NCBI GenBank assembly: GCA_900318835.1
Contig: ONLW01000006.1
Span: 12,327-76,326 of the forward strand
Length of the DNA stretch: 64,000 nucleotides
Source of the DNA: an uncultured Bacteroidales bacterium
GTDB lineage: Bacteria > Bacteroidota > Bacteroidia > Bacteroidales > P3
Direction: 5' to 3'
This document shows positions 16,289-25,289 of the stretch, piece by piece. The stretch's first letter is position 1. Every line of letters starts with the position of its first letter. Below the pieces are notes generated by a model. The model was not told where the DNA came from. It saw only the letters and a program-made list of their open reading frames with translations, and searched no databases. A program made the translations under genes and the position numbers.

Positions 16289-17761
16289 TTAGTAGCTGCG
16301 GGCGAAGACGACGCGGCGGTGGCTGGGTTTGCCGCTGTAGATACATTTGCCTTCCTCTTCGGGGGCATCGTAGGGGATGCAGCGGATGGTGGCCTTGGTC
16401 TCTTCCTTGATGCGTTCCTCGGTCTCAGGGGTGCCGTCCCAGTGGCAGAGCAGGAAGCCGTTCTTTTCAATCTCGACCTTGAAGTCGTCCCAGGTGTCGA
16501 CCTTGCGGGTCATCGAGGCGCGGAAGTCAGCAGCTTTCTTGAAGAGGTTCTTTTGGATATCCTCCATGAGGCCGTAGACGTGGTCGGCGATACCTTCGAG
16601 AGGCAGCGTAGCCTTTTCGAGTGTGTCGCGACGGCGCACCTCACAAGTGCCGTTCTCCATGTCGCGGGCACCGATGGCCAGCTGCACGGGGACGCCCTTG
16701 AACTCGTACTCGGTGAACTTCCAGCCGGGCTTGTACTCCGGACGGTTGTCGTATTTCACCACAAGGCCTTTGGCTTCGAGGGCTTTCACTATCGGGGCGA
16801 TATGTTCGTCGAGCTGGCGCTGCTGCTCGTCGCTCTTGCAGATGGGCACGATGGCCACATGGATGGGCGCCAGACGCGGCGGCAGGACGAGACCGTTGTC
16901 GTCGCTGTGGGTCATGATGAGGGCCCCCATCAGACGGGTGCTAACACCCCACGAGGTGGCCCATACGTATTCTAACTTATTCTCTTTGTTGAGGAACTGC
17001 ACCTCGAAGGCCTTGGCGAAGTTCTGTCCGAGGAAGTGGCTGGTACCGGCCTGGAGGGCCTTGCCGTCCTGCATCATAGCCTCGATGCAGAGGGTGTCGA
17101 GGGCACCGGCGAAGCGCTCGTTGGGGCTCTTGTGACCCTTGATGACGGGCACGGCCATGTAGTTCTCCACGAAGTCGCCGTAGACATCGAGCATCTTGCG
17201 AGCCTCGGCCTCGGCCTCCTCGCGGGTGGCGTGGGCGGTGTGGCCCTCCTGCCAGAGGAACTCGGCGGTGCGGAGGAACATGCGGGTGCGCATCTCCCAG
17301 CGCACGACGTTGGCCCACTGGTTGCAGAGGATGGGGAGGTCGCGGTAGGACTTGATCCAGTTCTTATAGGTGCTCCAGATGATGGTCTCGGAGGTGGGGC
17401 GCACGATGAGTTCTTCCTCGAGCTTGGCGGCGGGGTCAACGACGACGCCGTTGCCGTTGGGGTCGTTCATCAGGCGGTGGTGGGTCACCACGGCGCACTC
17501 TTTAGCAAAACCCTCCACGTGCTCGGCCTCACGGCTGAGGAAGCTCTTGGGGATGAAGAGAGGGAAGTAGGCGTTGACGTGGCCGGTGGCCTTGAACATG
17601 CTGTCGAGTTGGTGCTGCATCTTCTCCCAGATGGCATAGCCATAGGGTTTTATCACCATACATCCTCGGACAGCACTTTGCTCGGCGAGGTCGGCACGCA
17701 CCACCAGTTCGTTATACCATTCGGAATAGTTCTCACTACGTTTCGAGAAATCTTTAGCCAT
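16289..17761 (-). CDS. proS: Proline--tRNA ligase (archaeal/eukaryote-like type)
   Basis: [20 protein letters not shown]... N-terminus typical of Bacteroidetes ProRS, class II core, C-terminal [16 protein letters not shown]. Confidence 0.95.
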   Translation of the reverse strand: MAKDFSKRSENYSEWYNELVVRADLAEQSAVRGCMVIKPYGYAIWEKMQHQLDSMFKATGHVNAYFPLFIPKSFLSREAEHVEGFAKECAVVTHHRLMNDPNGNGVVVDPAAKLEEELIVRPTSETIIWSTYKNWIKSYRDLPILCNQWANVVRWEMRTRMFLRTAEFLWQEGHTAHATREEAEAEARKMLDVYGDFVENYMAVPVIKGHKSPNERFAGALDTLCIEAMMQDGKALQAGTSHFLGQNFAKAFEVQFLNKENKLEYVWATSWGVSTRLMGALIMTHSDDNGLVLPPRLAPIHVAIVPICKSDEQQRQLDEHIAPIVKALEAKGLVVKYDNRPEYKPGWKFTEYEFKGVPVQLAIGARDMENGTCEVRRRDTLEKATLPLEGIADHVYGLMEDIQKNLFKKAADFRASMTRKVDTWDDFKVEIEKNGFLLCHWDGTPETEERIKEETKATIRCIPYDAPEEEGKCIYSGKPSHRRVVFARSY

Positions 17762-17826
17762 TGAATATATATTTTTCTATTATTATACAATATTTTGTGA
17801 CGTCTGTCGTTTCTTTAAACGATTTG

Positions 17827-17834
17827 CAAAGATA
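17827..17834 (-). promoter_or_regulatory. -7 box (TAtcTTTG) for proS
   Basis: The minus strand reads AAATTCGTATCTTTGCAAATC. Confidence 0.6.
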
Positions 17835-17849
17835 CGAATTTTTTTGGAA

Positions 17850-18674
17850 ATGAGAAATAAATTTTGGATAATGATGCTGGGTGCCATGCTGATACCCGGA
17901 ATGGTAAAGGCTCAGGAGAAGCATGGAATCGACACGCTGCAATGTCATATCGTCGGGGTGTCGTTCGGGGTGTTGAATCCTTTTGATGGCAGCCATAGTG
18001 GCGGCTTTGAAGGGGGGAACATGAAAGACCTCTACGACGGGCCATATCTTAACTTTTCTGTCGAATGGGCATATAAGTGGAAGAGTAACTGGCTGGTGTC
18101 GATGGAAAGCGACCTGTGGTTTGGCTACAATAGCAACAATCTGCGACAGAGGGTGGAGCGCATGGGTGACATCTTTACGAGTCAGGGCTATATGATGAGT
18201 ATGAACGGGAGCGATGGTGTGGCGGCATTGTACAACCGAGGGTTGGCTGTGCGTCCGGGTGTTGGAAAGATTATCCCGCTTTTCCGTAAGAATCCCGATT
18301 CGGGCATCCTGTTGAAATTGAGTGGCGGATGGTTTATGCAGAAAACAATCCTCACGCAGGACATGAACGAGGGCGAGGTGCCGCAGCTGGGAGAGGATAT
18401 GATGCCGCTCTATGACCACTTGCGCAATGGTGTGATGCTGACGGAGAGTGTGGGATTCATTTATATGAGCAACCGATTGACGTATGTGAATTTCAAGGTT
18501 ACCTTCGACCTGAGCCAATGCTGGAGTTGGTCGTCGCGCCCCTATATTATCGACAAGGTGATGGGTCTGAGCGGAAAAGACAAGAATAGATATTTCGATT
18601 TGATGGGTGGAGTGAAACTGTCGTGGATGTTCCCGTTCACGGGCAAGACATCGTATGACTACTATTATTATTGA
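17850..18674 (+). CDS. Putative outer-membrane beta-barrel protein of unknown function
   Basis: Signal peptide MRNKFWIMMLGAMLIPGMVKAQE, alternating amphipathic strands, aromatic C-terminus (YDYYYY). The listed start is TTG 17844; the ATG at 17850 is preferred. Confidence 0.4.
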   Translation: MRNKFWIMMLGAMLIPGMVKAQEKHGIDTLQCHIVGVSFGVLNPFDGSHSGGFEGGNMKDLYDGPYLNFSVEWAYKWKSNWLVSMESDLWFGYNSNNLRQRVERMGDIFTSQGYMMSMNGSDGVAALYNRGLAVRPGVGKIIPLFRKNPDSGILLKLSGGWFMQKTILTQDMNEGEVPQLGEDMMPLYDHLRNGVMLTESVGFIYMSNRLTYVNFKVTFDLSQCWSWSSRPYIIDKVMGLSGKDKNRYFDLMGGVKLSWMFPFTGKTSYDYYYY

Positions 18675-18676
18675 TT

Positions 18677-19918
18677 ATGAGAGTTCTGTATACAATAGGG
18701 ATTTGGTTTTATACTTTTGGTATCCGTCTGGTTGCCTTTTTTGGACACGAGAAAGCGCGTCAGATGGTTAAAGGGTGGAATCAGTGGCCCGGACAGGTGT
18801 CCAAGTTGAGCTCCGATGCTCCCACGGCCTGGTTTCATGCGGCTAGCCTCGGTGAATTCGAACAGGCGCGACCTGTGCTCGAAGAACTCCGTCGTCGGCA
18901 TCCAGACTATCAAGTGTTTGTTACCTTCTTCTCGCCTTCCGGCTATGAGGTGAGGAAAAATTACGCTCAAGCTGATGCGATATGCTACCTTCCAATGGAT
19001 ACCCCACGGAATGCGAGTCGGCTGTTGGATGCTGTAAAACCCTCGGTGGTCTTCTTTGTGAAGTATGAGTTTTGGTACAACTATCTGTGTATGTTGCGAA
19101 AACGCGGCATCCCGACCTACATCTTCTCTACCATCTTCCGCCCTAACCAGTACTTTTTCAAGTGGTATGGTGGATGGTTCCGTCGACAACTCAAGTCCTC
19201 CTTTGCTCATCTTTTTGTGCAGAACGAGGAAAGCCTACGTTTGTTGAAAGGCATTGGCATCGGGCAGTGCTCGTTGGCAGGTGACACACGTTTCGACCGG
19301 GTACATCAGATTGCTGAGGCTTCTGAAAGCAATGATGTTGTGGAGAAATTCCTCCAGGGTTATGATGGCAAGGTGCTGGTGGGAGGAAGTACGTGGCCTC
19401 CCGACGAGGAGATTATCTCCCATGTGCGAGAGTGCAATAATGGCTGGTTTCCTGGCCGCATTATTCTGGCCCCCCACGTGATTAGCGAAGAACATCTCAA
19501 GCAGATAGAATCCCTCTTCCCCGACAGCGTTAGGTATTCTGTTTTGGCAGGGATGAACGGTAGTACCAGTAAAGTTTTGATTATCGATAATATCGGCCTT
19601 CTTTCCAAGCTCTATCGTTATGCCGATGTGGCCTATATCGGAGGTGGCTTCGGAGTGGGAATACACAATATCCTCGAGGCTGTTACTTTCGGCAAGCCTG
19701 TTTTCTTTGGCCCCAACTATAAGAAGTTTCAGGAGGCGTGTGACATCATTGTCCGTGGTGGCGGTTGGAGCATTGGCATTGCAAAAGAGTTGGAAGATGA
19801 ACTGAAACAACTAGTGACCGCTCCAGAAGTGTTTCGGAAATCCTCGCAGGCCTGCACCGACTATATGAGTGAGAACCTAGGTAGCACAGAAAAGATTCTT
19901 TCCACCATTGAGATTTAG
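18677..19918 (+). CDS. waaA: 3-deoxy-D-manno-octulosonic acid (Kdo) transferase
   Basis: WFHAASLGEFEQARPV motif and GT30 architecture. The ATG at 18677 lies 2 nt after the upstream stop; the listed start is TTG 18671. Confidence 0.9.
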   Translation: MRVLYTIGIWFYTFGIRLVAFFGHEKARQMVKGWNQWPGQVSKLSSDAPTAWFHAASLGEFEQARPVLEELRRRHPDYQVFVTFFSPSGYEVRKNYAQADAICYLPMDTPRNASRLLDAVKPSVVFFVKYEFWYNYLCMLRKRGIPTYIFSTIFRPNQYFFKWYGGWFRRQLKSSFAHLFVQNEESLRLLKGIGIGQCSLAGDTRFDRVHQIAEASESNDVVEKFLQGYDGKVLVGGSTWPPDEEIISHVRECNNGWFPGRIILAPHVISEEHLKQIESLFPDSVRYSVLAGMNGSTSKVLIIDNIGLLSKLYRYADVAYIGGGFGVGIHNILEAVTFGKPVFFGPNYKKFQEACDIIVRGGGWSIGIAKELEDELKQLVTAPEVFRKSSQACTDYMSENLGSTEKILSTIEI

Positions 19919-22313
19919 GTTTCTACATATAATCTTTTTTGCCATGCTGGCGATGCTGGTTACGGGGTGCTACACTAACCGTTACATTCCCGACGGTAGC
20001 TATCGGCTTGACGAAACGGTGCAGACGGTGGAGATGGCGGACAGTACGGAAGTTCCTTCCGAAGTGGAGGAGGCGCTGAAGAAGTCGGAGAACTATTATG
20101 TCCAGCGTCGCAACTCCAAGGTCTTGGGTGTTCGTTGGTTGCCCGTCGGTATGTGGATTTATTGTATCGCCAAGCCTGAGAACACCTCCTTTTGGGGCAA
20201 CTACTGGCATCGCCTCGGTCAGGCCCCGGTTATCTATGACGAGGACAAAGCCCGCCGTACCGCCCGCCAACTGCAGGGACTGTTGGAATCTAAAGGATGT
20301 TTCAATTCCACTGTTACCTTTGACACCCTTGAGATTTCGGGAAAGAAAATCACTATAGGCTACCACATCACCGCCACCCAGCGCTATCTTATTGATGAGG
20401 TGGGTTACAGAACAGGGAACGATACCATTCGGCGGCTATTGGACCGCTGGTCGGCGACTTCGTCGCTCAAGGTAGGTACTTATTATGATCAGGAGGTCCT
20501 CTCCTCTGAACGTTCCCGTATCGTCTCTCTTCTTCGCGAGCGTGGATACTATCTTGCTACCCCCGAGAATGTTTCTTTCTTCGTCGACACTACTTACGAC
20601 AAGCGGCACCTTTCGGTCGAAGTCCTTGTCGACAGTCGCAACCTCCGCGTTTTCCGCATTAACAATATCTTCATCTATCCTAACTCCACCGCTGGTCTCC
20701 GCTCCAATGAGTCTGCCTTCGAGACCACCATTGCGCCTTTTTATGATATTCGCGGTCGCTCCATCGACTTCCTGTTTGTCAAAGAACGTGGCAAAAAGAT
20801 GACTATCGACTCTACCGCAATTTGTCGTGCCATGATGATGTTTCCTGGTATGCTCTACCGACCCTCTCATATTTCTAATACTTATAATTCACTCCTTAAC
20901 CTACGCAATTTCAAATACATAAATATTGAATTTAACGAGTCTCCTTTCTCCACCGATTCTGTTCCTCTTGTCGACGCCCATGTGCGTCTCATCAACACAA
21001 CCCAGCAGAAAATTACCCTCTCTCTGGAACTTACCAATGCATCCCCCATTTCCGCCACCGACACATCTTCTAATTTTTTCACCTCAGGTAATCTTGGCAT
21101 CGAGACTTCCCTCGAATATCAGCATAAAAACCTCTTTGGAGGCGCTGAGCTTTTTAAAGTGAAAAGTTCTTTGGTGCTAGAACTGCCGAAATTTATTCTC
21201 AAGGGAGGACGGGAAAGTTTCTATGACAACTTCTCTACCTTTGAAGTCAACCTCGATGCCTCACTCGACATCCCCGAGGCCTACCCCTTCTCCAATTTCT
21301 TCCGTCTCCAGAACACCCGTCCCCATACCCTTTTCAACCTTGGTGGATCGTACCAGTACCGTTACTGGTATGAACGTATACTTGCCAACACCTCTTTCGG
21401 ATACACATGGTCAAAACAGTCGAACCTTCAGACCGTTAAACAATCCACCCATCAGCATCAACTCCTACCCGTCGAGCTCACTTTTGTCCGTGTCCTTAAT
21501 CTCGACGTCGACTTTGCTCTTCGCCTTAGCAATGTGAATGACCTCCGCGTAATCTATCAATATAGTGACCACTTTATCATGGATGCCCGCTATGACTACA
21601 CCTATTCTAACCAGAGGTTCGGTACCCGAAACAATTTCTCGTTGGTTCACCTTTCTCTAGAGAGCGCCGGTAACCTTCTCAACGCCTATTCACGCCTTGT
21701 TAACGGGAATTCAGACAGCAACGCGGTTCGCGAAATCTTCGGTGTCCCATTTGCACAGTATCTTCGCCTAGGAGGTGAATATACATACTACCTCTACCAT
21801 GGTCGTCGCAGCACCTTCGTTTCTCGAATCCTTTTCGGGGTGGGCATCCCCTACGGGAATTCCATGGATATGCCATACGAAAAAAGCTTCTTCGGCGGAG
21901 GCCCCACCACCATGCGCGCATGGCAACTTCGTCGTTTGGGTCCGGGGTCCTATGATGGCTCCACGCAAATGATTGAGCGTGTCGGTGACATCCAGATGGT
22001 TCTCAATTTTGAGGAACGCTTCCCCATTGCAGGCATCTTCGAGGGCGCACTCTTCACCGACATGGGCAATGTATGGCTTTTTAACCCATCAGAACTATAT
22101 CCAGGTGGAGAATTCCGTCCGAAGGAATTCTTTAAGGAGGTGGCTGTCGATGTAGGATTGGGACTGCGTATTAACGTCTCCATTGCCACCATCCGACTCG
22201 ATTTTGCCATTCCGCTCTACGACCCCGGTTTTGAGACCTCTTTACGTTGGCGGCCTCCCCATTGGCAGTTTAAACAGATTGTTGTTAATTTTGGTATCAA
22301 CTACCCCTTCTAG
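19908..22313 (+). CDS. BamA/TamA-family (Omp85) outer membrane protein
   Basis: The TTG start gives a good lipoprotein signal, MRFRFLHIIFFAMLAMLVTGC. C-terminal Omp85 barrel (FFGGGPTTMRAW, FDFAIPLY). Overlaps waaA by 11 nt. Confidence 0.7.
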   Translation: MRFRFLHIIFFAMLAMLVTGCYTNRYIPDGSYRLDETVQTVEMADSTEVPSEVEEALKKSENYYVQRRNSKVLGVRWLPVGMWIYCIAKPENTSFWGNYWHRLGQAPVIYDEDKARRTARQLQGLLESKGCFNSTVTFDTLEISGKKITIGYHITATQRYLIDEVGYRTGNDTIRRLLDRWSATSSLKVGTYYDQEVLSSERSRIVSLLRERGYYLATPENVSFFVDTTYDKRHLSVEVLVDSRNLRVFRINNIFIYPNSTAGLRSNESAFETTIAPFYDIRGRSIDFLFVKERGKKMTIDSTAICRAMMMFPGMLYRPSHISNTYNSLLNLRNFKYINIEFNESPFSTDSVPLVDAHVRLINTTQQKITLSLELTNASPISATDTSSNFFTSGNLGIETSLEYQHKNLFGGAELFKVKSSLVLELPKFILKGGRESFYDNFSTFEVNLDASLDIPEAYPFSNFFRLQNTRPHTLFNLGGSYQYRYWYERILANTSFGYTWSKQSNLQTVKQSTHQHQLLPVELTFVRVLNLDVDFALRLSNVNDLRVIYQYSDHFIMDARYDYTYSNQRFGTRNNFSLVHLSLESAGNLLNAYSRLVNGNSDSNAVREIFGVPFAQYLRLGGEYTYYLYHGRRSTFVSRILFGVGIPYGNSMDMPYEKSFFGGGPTTMRAWQLRRLGPGSYDGSTQMIERVGDIQMVLNFEERFPIAGIFEGALFTDMGNVWLFNPSELYPGGEFRPKEFFKEVAVDVGLGLRINVSIATIRLDFAIPLYDPGFETSLRWRPPHWQFKQIVVNFGINYPF

Positions 22314-22322
22314 TGTATTTAA

Positions 22323-23255
22323 ATGTTTAAAGGAAAGACCCTCACGTATGTTCTAATTACCGCCTCTGTTGTTTTCTGGGGTGTGAGTTTTATTCTTACC
22401 AAGGAACTTTTCCTCAGCGAGGAACATATTACCGTCACTATCCTCATCGCCCTCCGGCTCGCCATCGCTACAGCAGTCATGCTGCCGTTGCTGGCACTCT
22501 CGGGGAAACTGCAGCGTATCCGCAGGGAAGATCTCAAATGGTTTCTCCTACTGGCCTTCTGCGAGCCTTTTATTTATCACCTATGCGAAACCAATGGTGT
22601 CCGCCTTGTCAGCGGCTCTTTGGCATCGGTGGTAATTGCCACTATCCCCCTTTTCGTGCCTTTCGGCATGTGGGTGGCCTACCGGCAGCGCATAAAACCG
22701 TCATTAATTGTTGGAGTACTTCTCTCTTTGGCAGGAGTATTTCTTATGCTTAATGGTGAGATAGGATTCCAAGGTTCTGCTCTCCAAGGCATTCTCTTCC
22801 TCTCAGGTGCCGTGCTTATCGCCATTGTCTATACCCTGTTGCTGGTCAAGATTGTGGATCGCTACCACCCTCTGGTTGTCACTACTTGGCAAAATGTCAT
22901 AGGCCTAGTCTATTTCCTACCGCTGATGTTTGCCTTCGATGGAGCCTCTTTGCCGCTACTCTCATGGAGCCCCAAGATGCTTCTCATTCTCCTCACCCTT
23001 GGACTCTTCTGCTCCACACTGGCCTATGCAGGCTACAACTACGGCGTTCGCAACCTTGGCGCCTCCGAGGCCTGCATTTTTAACAATGCAATACCCGTCT
23101 TCTCCCTCATCGCTGCTGTGGCTATTGGACAGGAGGAATTCAGTTGGCTCAAGGTTGTCGGGATGGTCATCGTTATCGCCGGTGTCATCCTTGCCCAAAA
23201 TCCATTCAAAACTTCGAAAAATCCAGAATCTCCAGCTCCGCAGGCTGAGGATTGA
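22323..23255 (+). CDS. DMT-superfamily (EamA) transporter
   Basis: About ten predicted TM segments in two EamA-like halves. Confidence 0.75.
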   Translation: MFKGKTLTYVLITASVVFWGVSFILTKELFLSEEHITVTILIALRLAIATAVMLPLLALSGKLQRIRREDLKWFLLLAFCEPFIYHLCETNGVRLVSGSLASVVIATIPLFVPFGMWVAYRQRIKPSLIVGVLLSLAGVFLMLNGEIGFQGSALQGILFLSGAVLIAIVYTLLLVKIVDRYHPLVVTTWQNVIGLVYFLPLMFAFDGASLPLLSWSPKMLLILLTLGLFCSTLAYAGYNYGVRNLGASEACIFNNAIPVFSLIAAVAIGQEEFSWLKVVGMVIVIAGVILAQNPFKTSKNPESPAPQAED

Positions 23256-23694
23256 GCACAAACCTCACCAGCGTGGCTTTTTGATGGAACCCCTGCTGTC
23301 CGGCAGCACCAGGGTTGATGTGCAGGAATCCATAGTCTTTGTCGTACATCACCCGCAGGATATGGCTGTGTCCGCAGACGAAGATGTCGGGCTTTGCCAG
23401 TTCCAGCGTCCGTCGTAGTTCGTAAGGGTAATGGCCCGGCCAGCCACCGATGTGTGTCATCAACACCCGCTGGCCTTCCACCTCGAAGAACGCACGTTCC
23501 TCCAATTCATAGTGCAAGGCAAAACTGTCGCAGTTACCCCATACGGCACGCACAGGCTTCCATGCACGCAATTCTTCCAGCACCCCTGGTCCCAAATCGC
23601 CTGCATGCCATATCTCGTCGCAGTCTTTGAAAAACTCATAAACCTGTTCGCGTACTACACCGTGTGTGTCGCTCAATACTCCTATCCGCTTCAT
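23206..23694 (-). CDS. YfcE/MJ0936-family metallophosphoesterase
   Basis: Motifs LSDTHG, HAGDL, GNCD and CGHSH. Its 3' end overlaps the convergent DMT gene by 50 nt. Confidence 0.8.
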   Translation of the reverse strand: MKRIGVLSDTHGVVREQVYEFFKDCDEIWHAGDLGPGVLEELRAWKPVRAVWGNCDSFALHYELEERAFFEVEGQRVLMTHIGGWPGHYPYELRRTLELAKPDIFVCGHSHILRVMYDKDYGFLHINPGAAGQQGFHQKATLVRFVLNPQPAELEILDFSKF

Positions 23695-24239
23695 TCGTTG
23701 GCGTGTATTTCCTTCAAGTTCTCTCTAATCATCTCTTTTAGGTAGTTGATGATGTGGATGTCGTTCATTGACATGCCGTCCAGCGCCTCCTTTAGTTCGT
23801 CGGTGTCGAGCACAAACTCATCCTCGTCGGTTTGATAGGTGATGACGAAATGGATGTCTTCGTGAGCCGACAGCAACATTACCAGAGTCCCCGGCAGGTC
23901 GCCCATCGGCGGACGATCCCAGTGGTTGTGCTGGAACCAGAACTCCAGACGTGTACCAACGCCTACTTCGGAAGTCAGTTTCATCCCGCCACCGCAGTTC
24001 TCCGTGTTCATCTTGATGAGCGGCAAACCCAGGCCTACCTTGCGGGTGGTTCGGCTTGTGGTGTACGGGTCGGTTACTTTTGCCAAAAATTCGGGGCTCA
24101 TGCCTTTGCCGTTGTCTTCTATGGTGAAGTGGAAGTCGTTATCCTTCAGACTGTCCCTGATGGTCAGTTTTACATCCTTGGAGTTAGCTGCCGTCGAATT
24201 TTCCATCAGGTCGTACACGTGCATTGCCAGTTCTTTCAT
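23691..24239 (-). CDS. Stand-alone GHKL (HATPase_c) ATP-binding protein
   Basis: N-box/G-box-like DNGKGMSPEF and KVGLGLPLIK. No DHp or sensor domain. ATGA overlap with the phosphoesterase gene. Confidence 0.6.
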   Translation of the reverse strand: MKELAMHVYDLMENSTAANSKDVKLTIRDSLKDNDFHFTIEDNGKGMSPEFLAKVTDPYTTSRTTRKVGLGLPLIKMNTENCGGGMKLTSEVGVGTRLEFWFQHNHWDRPPMGDLPGTLVMLLSAHEDIHFVITYQTDEDEFVLDTDELKEALDGMSMNDIHIINYLKEMIRENLKEIHANE

Positions 24240-24264
24240 ATCTTGGTGCTATTAATTCCGATTG

Positions 24265-24272
24265 CAAAAATA
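24265..24272 (-). promoter_or_regulatory. -7 box (TAttTTTG) for the GHKL-phosphoesterase pair
   Basis: The minus strand reads ATATGTATTTTTGCAAT. Confidence 0.55.
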
Positions 24273-24350
24273 CATATAAAAAATCATTCCGCCAACAATA
24301 AAATATCAACAAGCCCGTTTTTTATATATTATTCATATTAATATAGTACG

Positions 24351-25289
24351 ATGAAAAGACTTATCGCTGTAGCTCTATGCTGCCTCTTCTTCGCCGCCTG
24401 CAAGGACGACGAAGACTTTATCGCCCCGGCTTTTCTTCATATCGATGCCATTACCCTCGTTCCTCCGGCCACCAATCCCATCACCCTCGAAAGCGGTTTC
24501 TACACTTCTGATATCGTGGCCTGCTATGTTTCTGTCCACTATCCCGGCTCTTCCAAACTCGACAACCTTGGCCTTTTTGAACTTCCCTTCACAGTCCCGG
24601 TTCTCAACGATGGCCCCATCGACTACATCGAAATTTACCCCGCTGTCCGCCAGTCCGGCTCTGCCTCCCACCTCCCGTACTATACTTTCTATAAGCCTAT
24701 CAAAATCACCAAGCTTACCTTCGACCTTGGCGGAGCCCACTATGTCGACACACTCTTTACTCGCAGTGGCGACACCCTAAGTCTTGACACTCTTCATACG
24801 ACCTATGACCTCACCCTGCAGGATGTTCACATGTTCGAGCTTTTTGAGCCGACCTCCTCATCTGTCTATTTTGACTCTGTTACATGGCATAAACACGCTC
24901 CTGACGAGGCCTGCACCGGACAAGGTTACGCTTCCGTCCATGTTCCCGACACCCTCTCGCGTGTGCCTTTTGCCATTAACTATGATTTCTATGTCAACGA
25001 CTCGCGCCGTGCTGTCTATCTCGAACTCGATACACGCTCCGACATACCTTTTGAAATCTATATGACTGCCGCCTACACTTCCGGCGGTGCCACCGACATC
25101 CAGCGAGTGATGGTTATTAATCCTTCCACAGAATGGAAGCATATCTACGTCAACCTCGGCCGCACGTGGAACTATTTTAACTATCAAGTCCCCTTCCGTC
25201 TTTCCTTTGCAGCCCTCAATGTCGAAGGTGAGACTGGCGACATCCGCATTGACAATGTCCGTGTGTTGTCAACCCTCAAAACCAGCTAA
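24351..25289 (+). CDS. Lipoprotein of unknown function
   Basis: Lipobox FFAAC. 312 aa. The stop TAA is followed immediately by the ATG of the sugar transferase. Confidence 0.4.
   Translation: MKRLIAVALCCLFFAACKDDEDFIAPAFLHIDAITLVPPATNPITLESGFYTSDIVACYVSVHYPGSSKLDNLGLFELPFTVPVLNDGPIDYIEIYPAVRQSGSASHLPYYTFYKPIKITKLTFDLGGAHYVDTLFTRSGDTLSLDTLHTTYDLTLQDVHMFELFEPTSSSVYFDSVTWHKHAPDEACTGQGYASVHVPDTLSRVPFAINYDFYVNDSRRAVYLELDTRSDIPFEIYMTAAYTSGGATDIQRVMVINPSTEWKHIYVNLGRTWNYFNYQVPFRLSFAALNVEGETGDIRIDNVRVLSTLKTS

Noticed and set aside
16199-17764. Plus-strand ORFs of 258 and 242 aa (16199-16975 and 17036-17764)
   Set aside because: Both are antisense to proS. The first starts at a TTG within the repeat/terminator region.
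17754-18518. A 254-aa minus-strand ORF
   Set aside because: It is antisense to the putative OM barrel gene and would begin within the proS coding/promoter area. It has no motifs.
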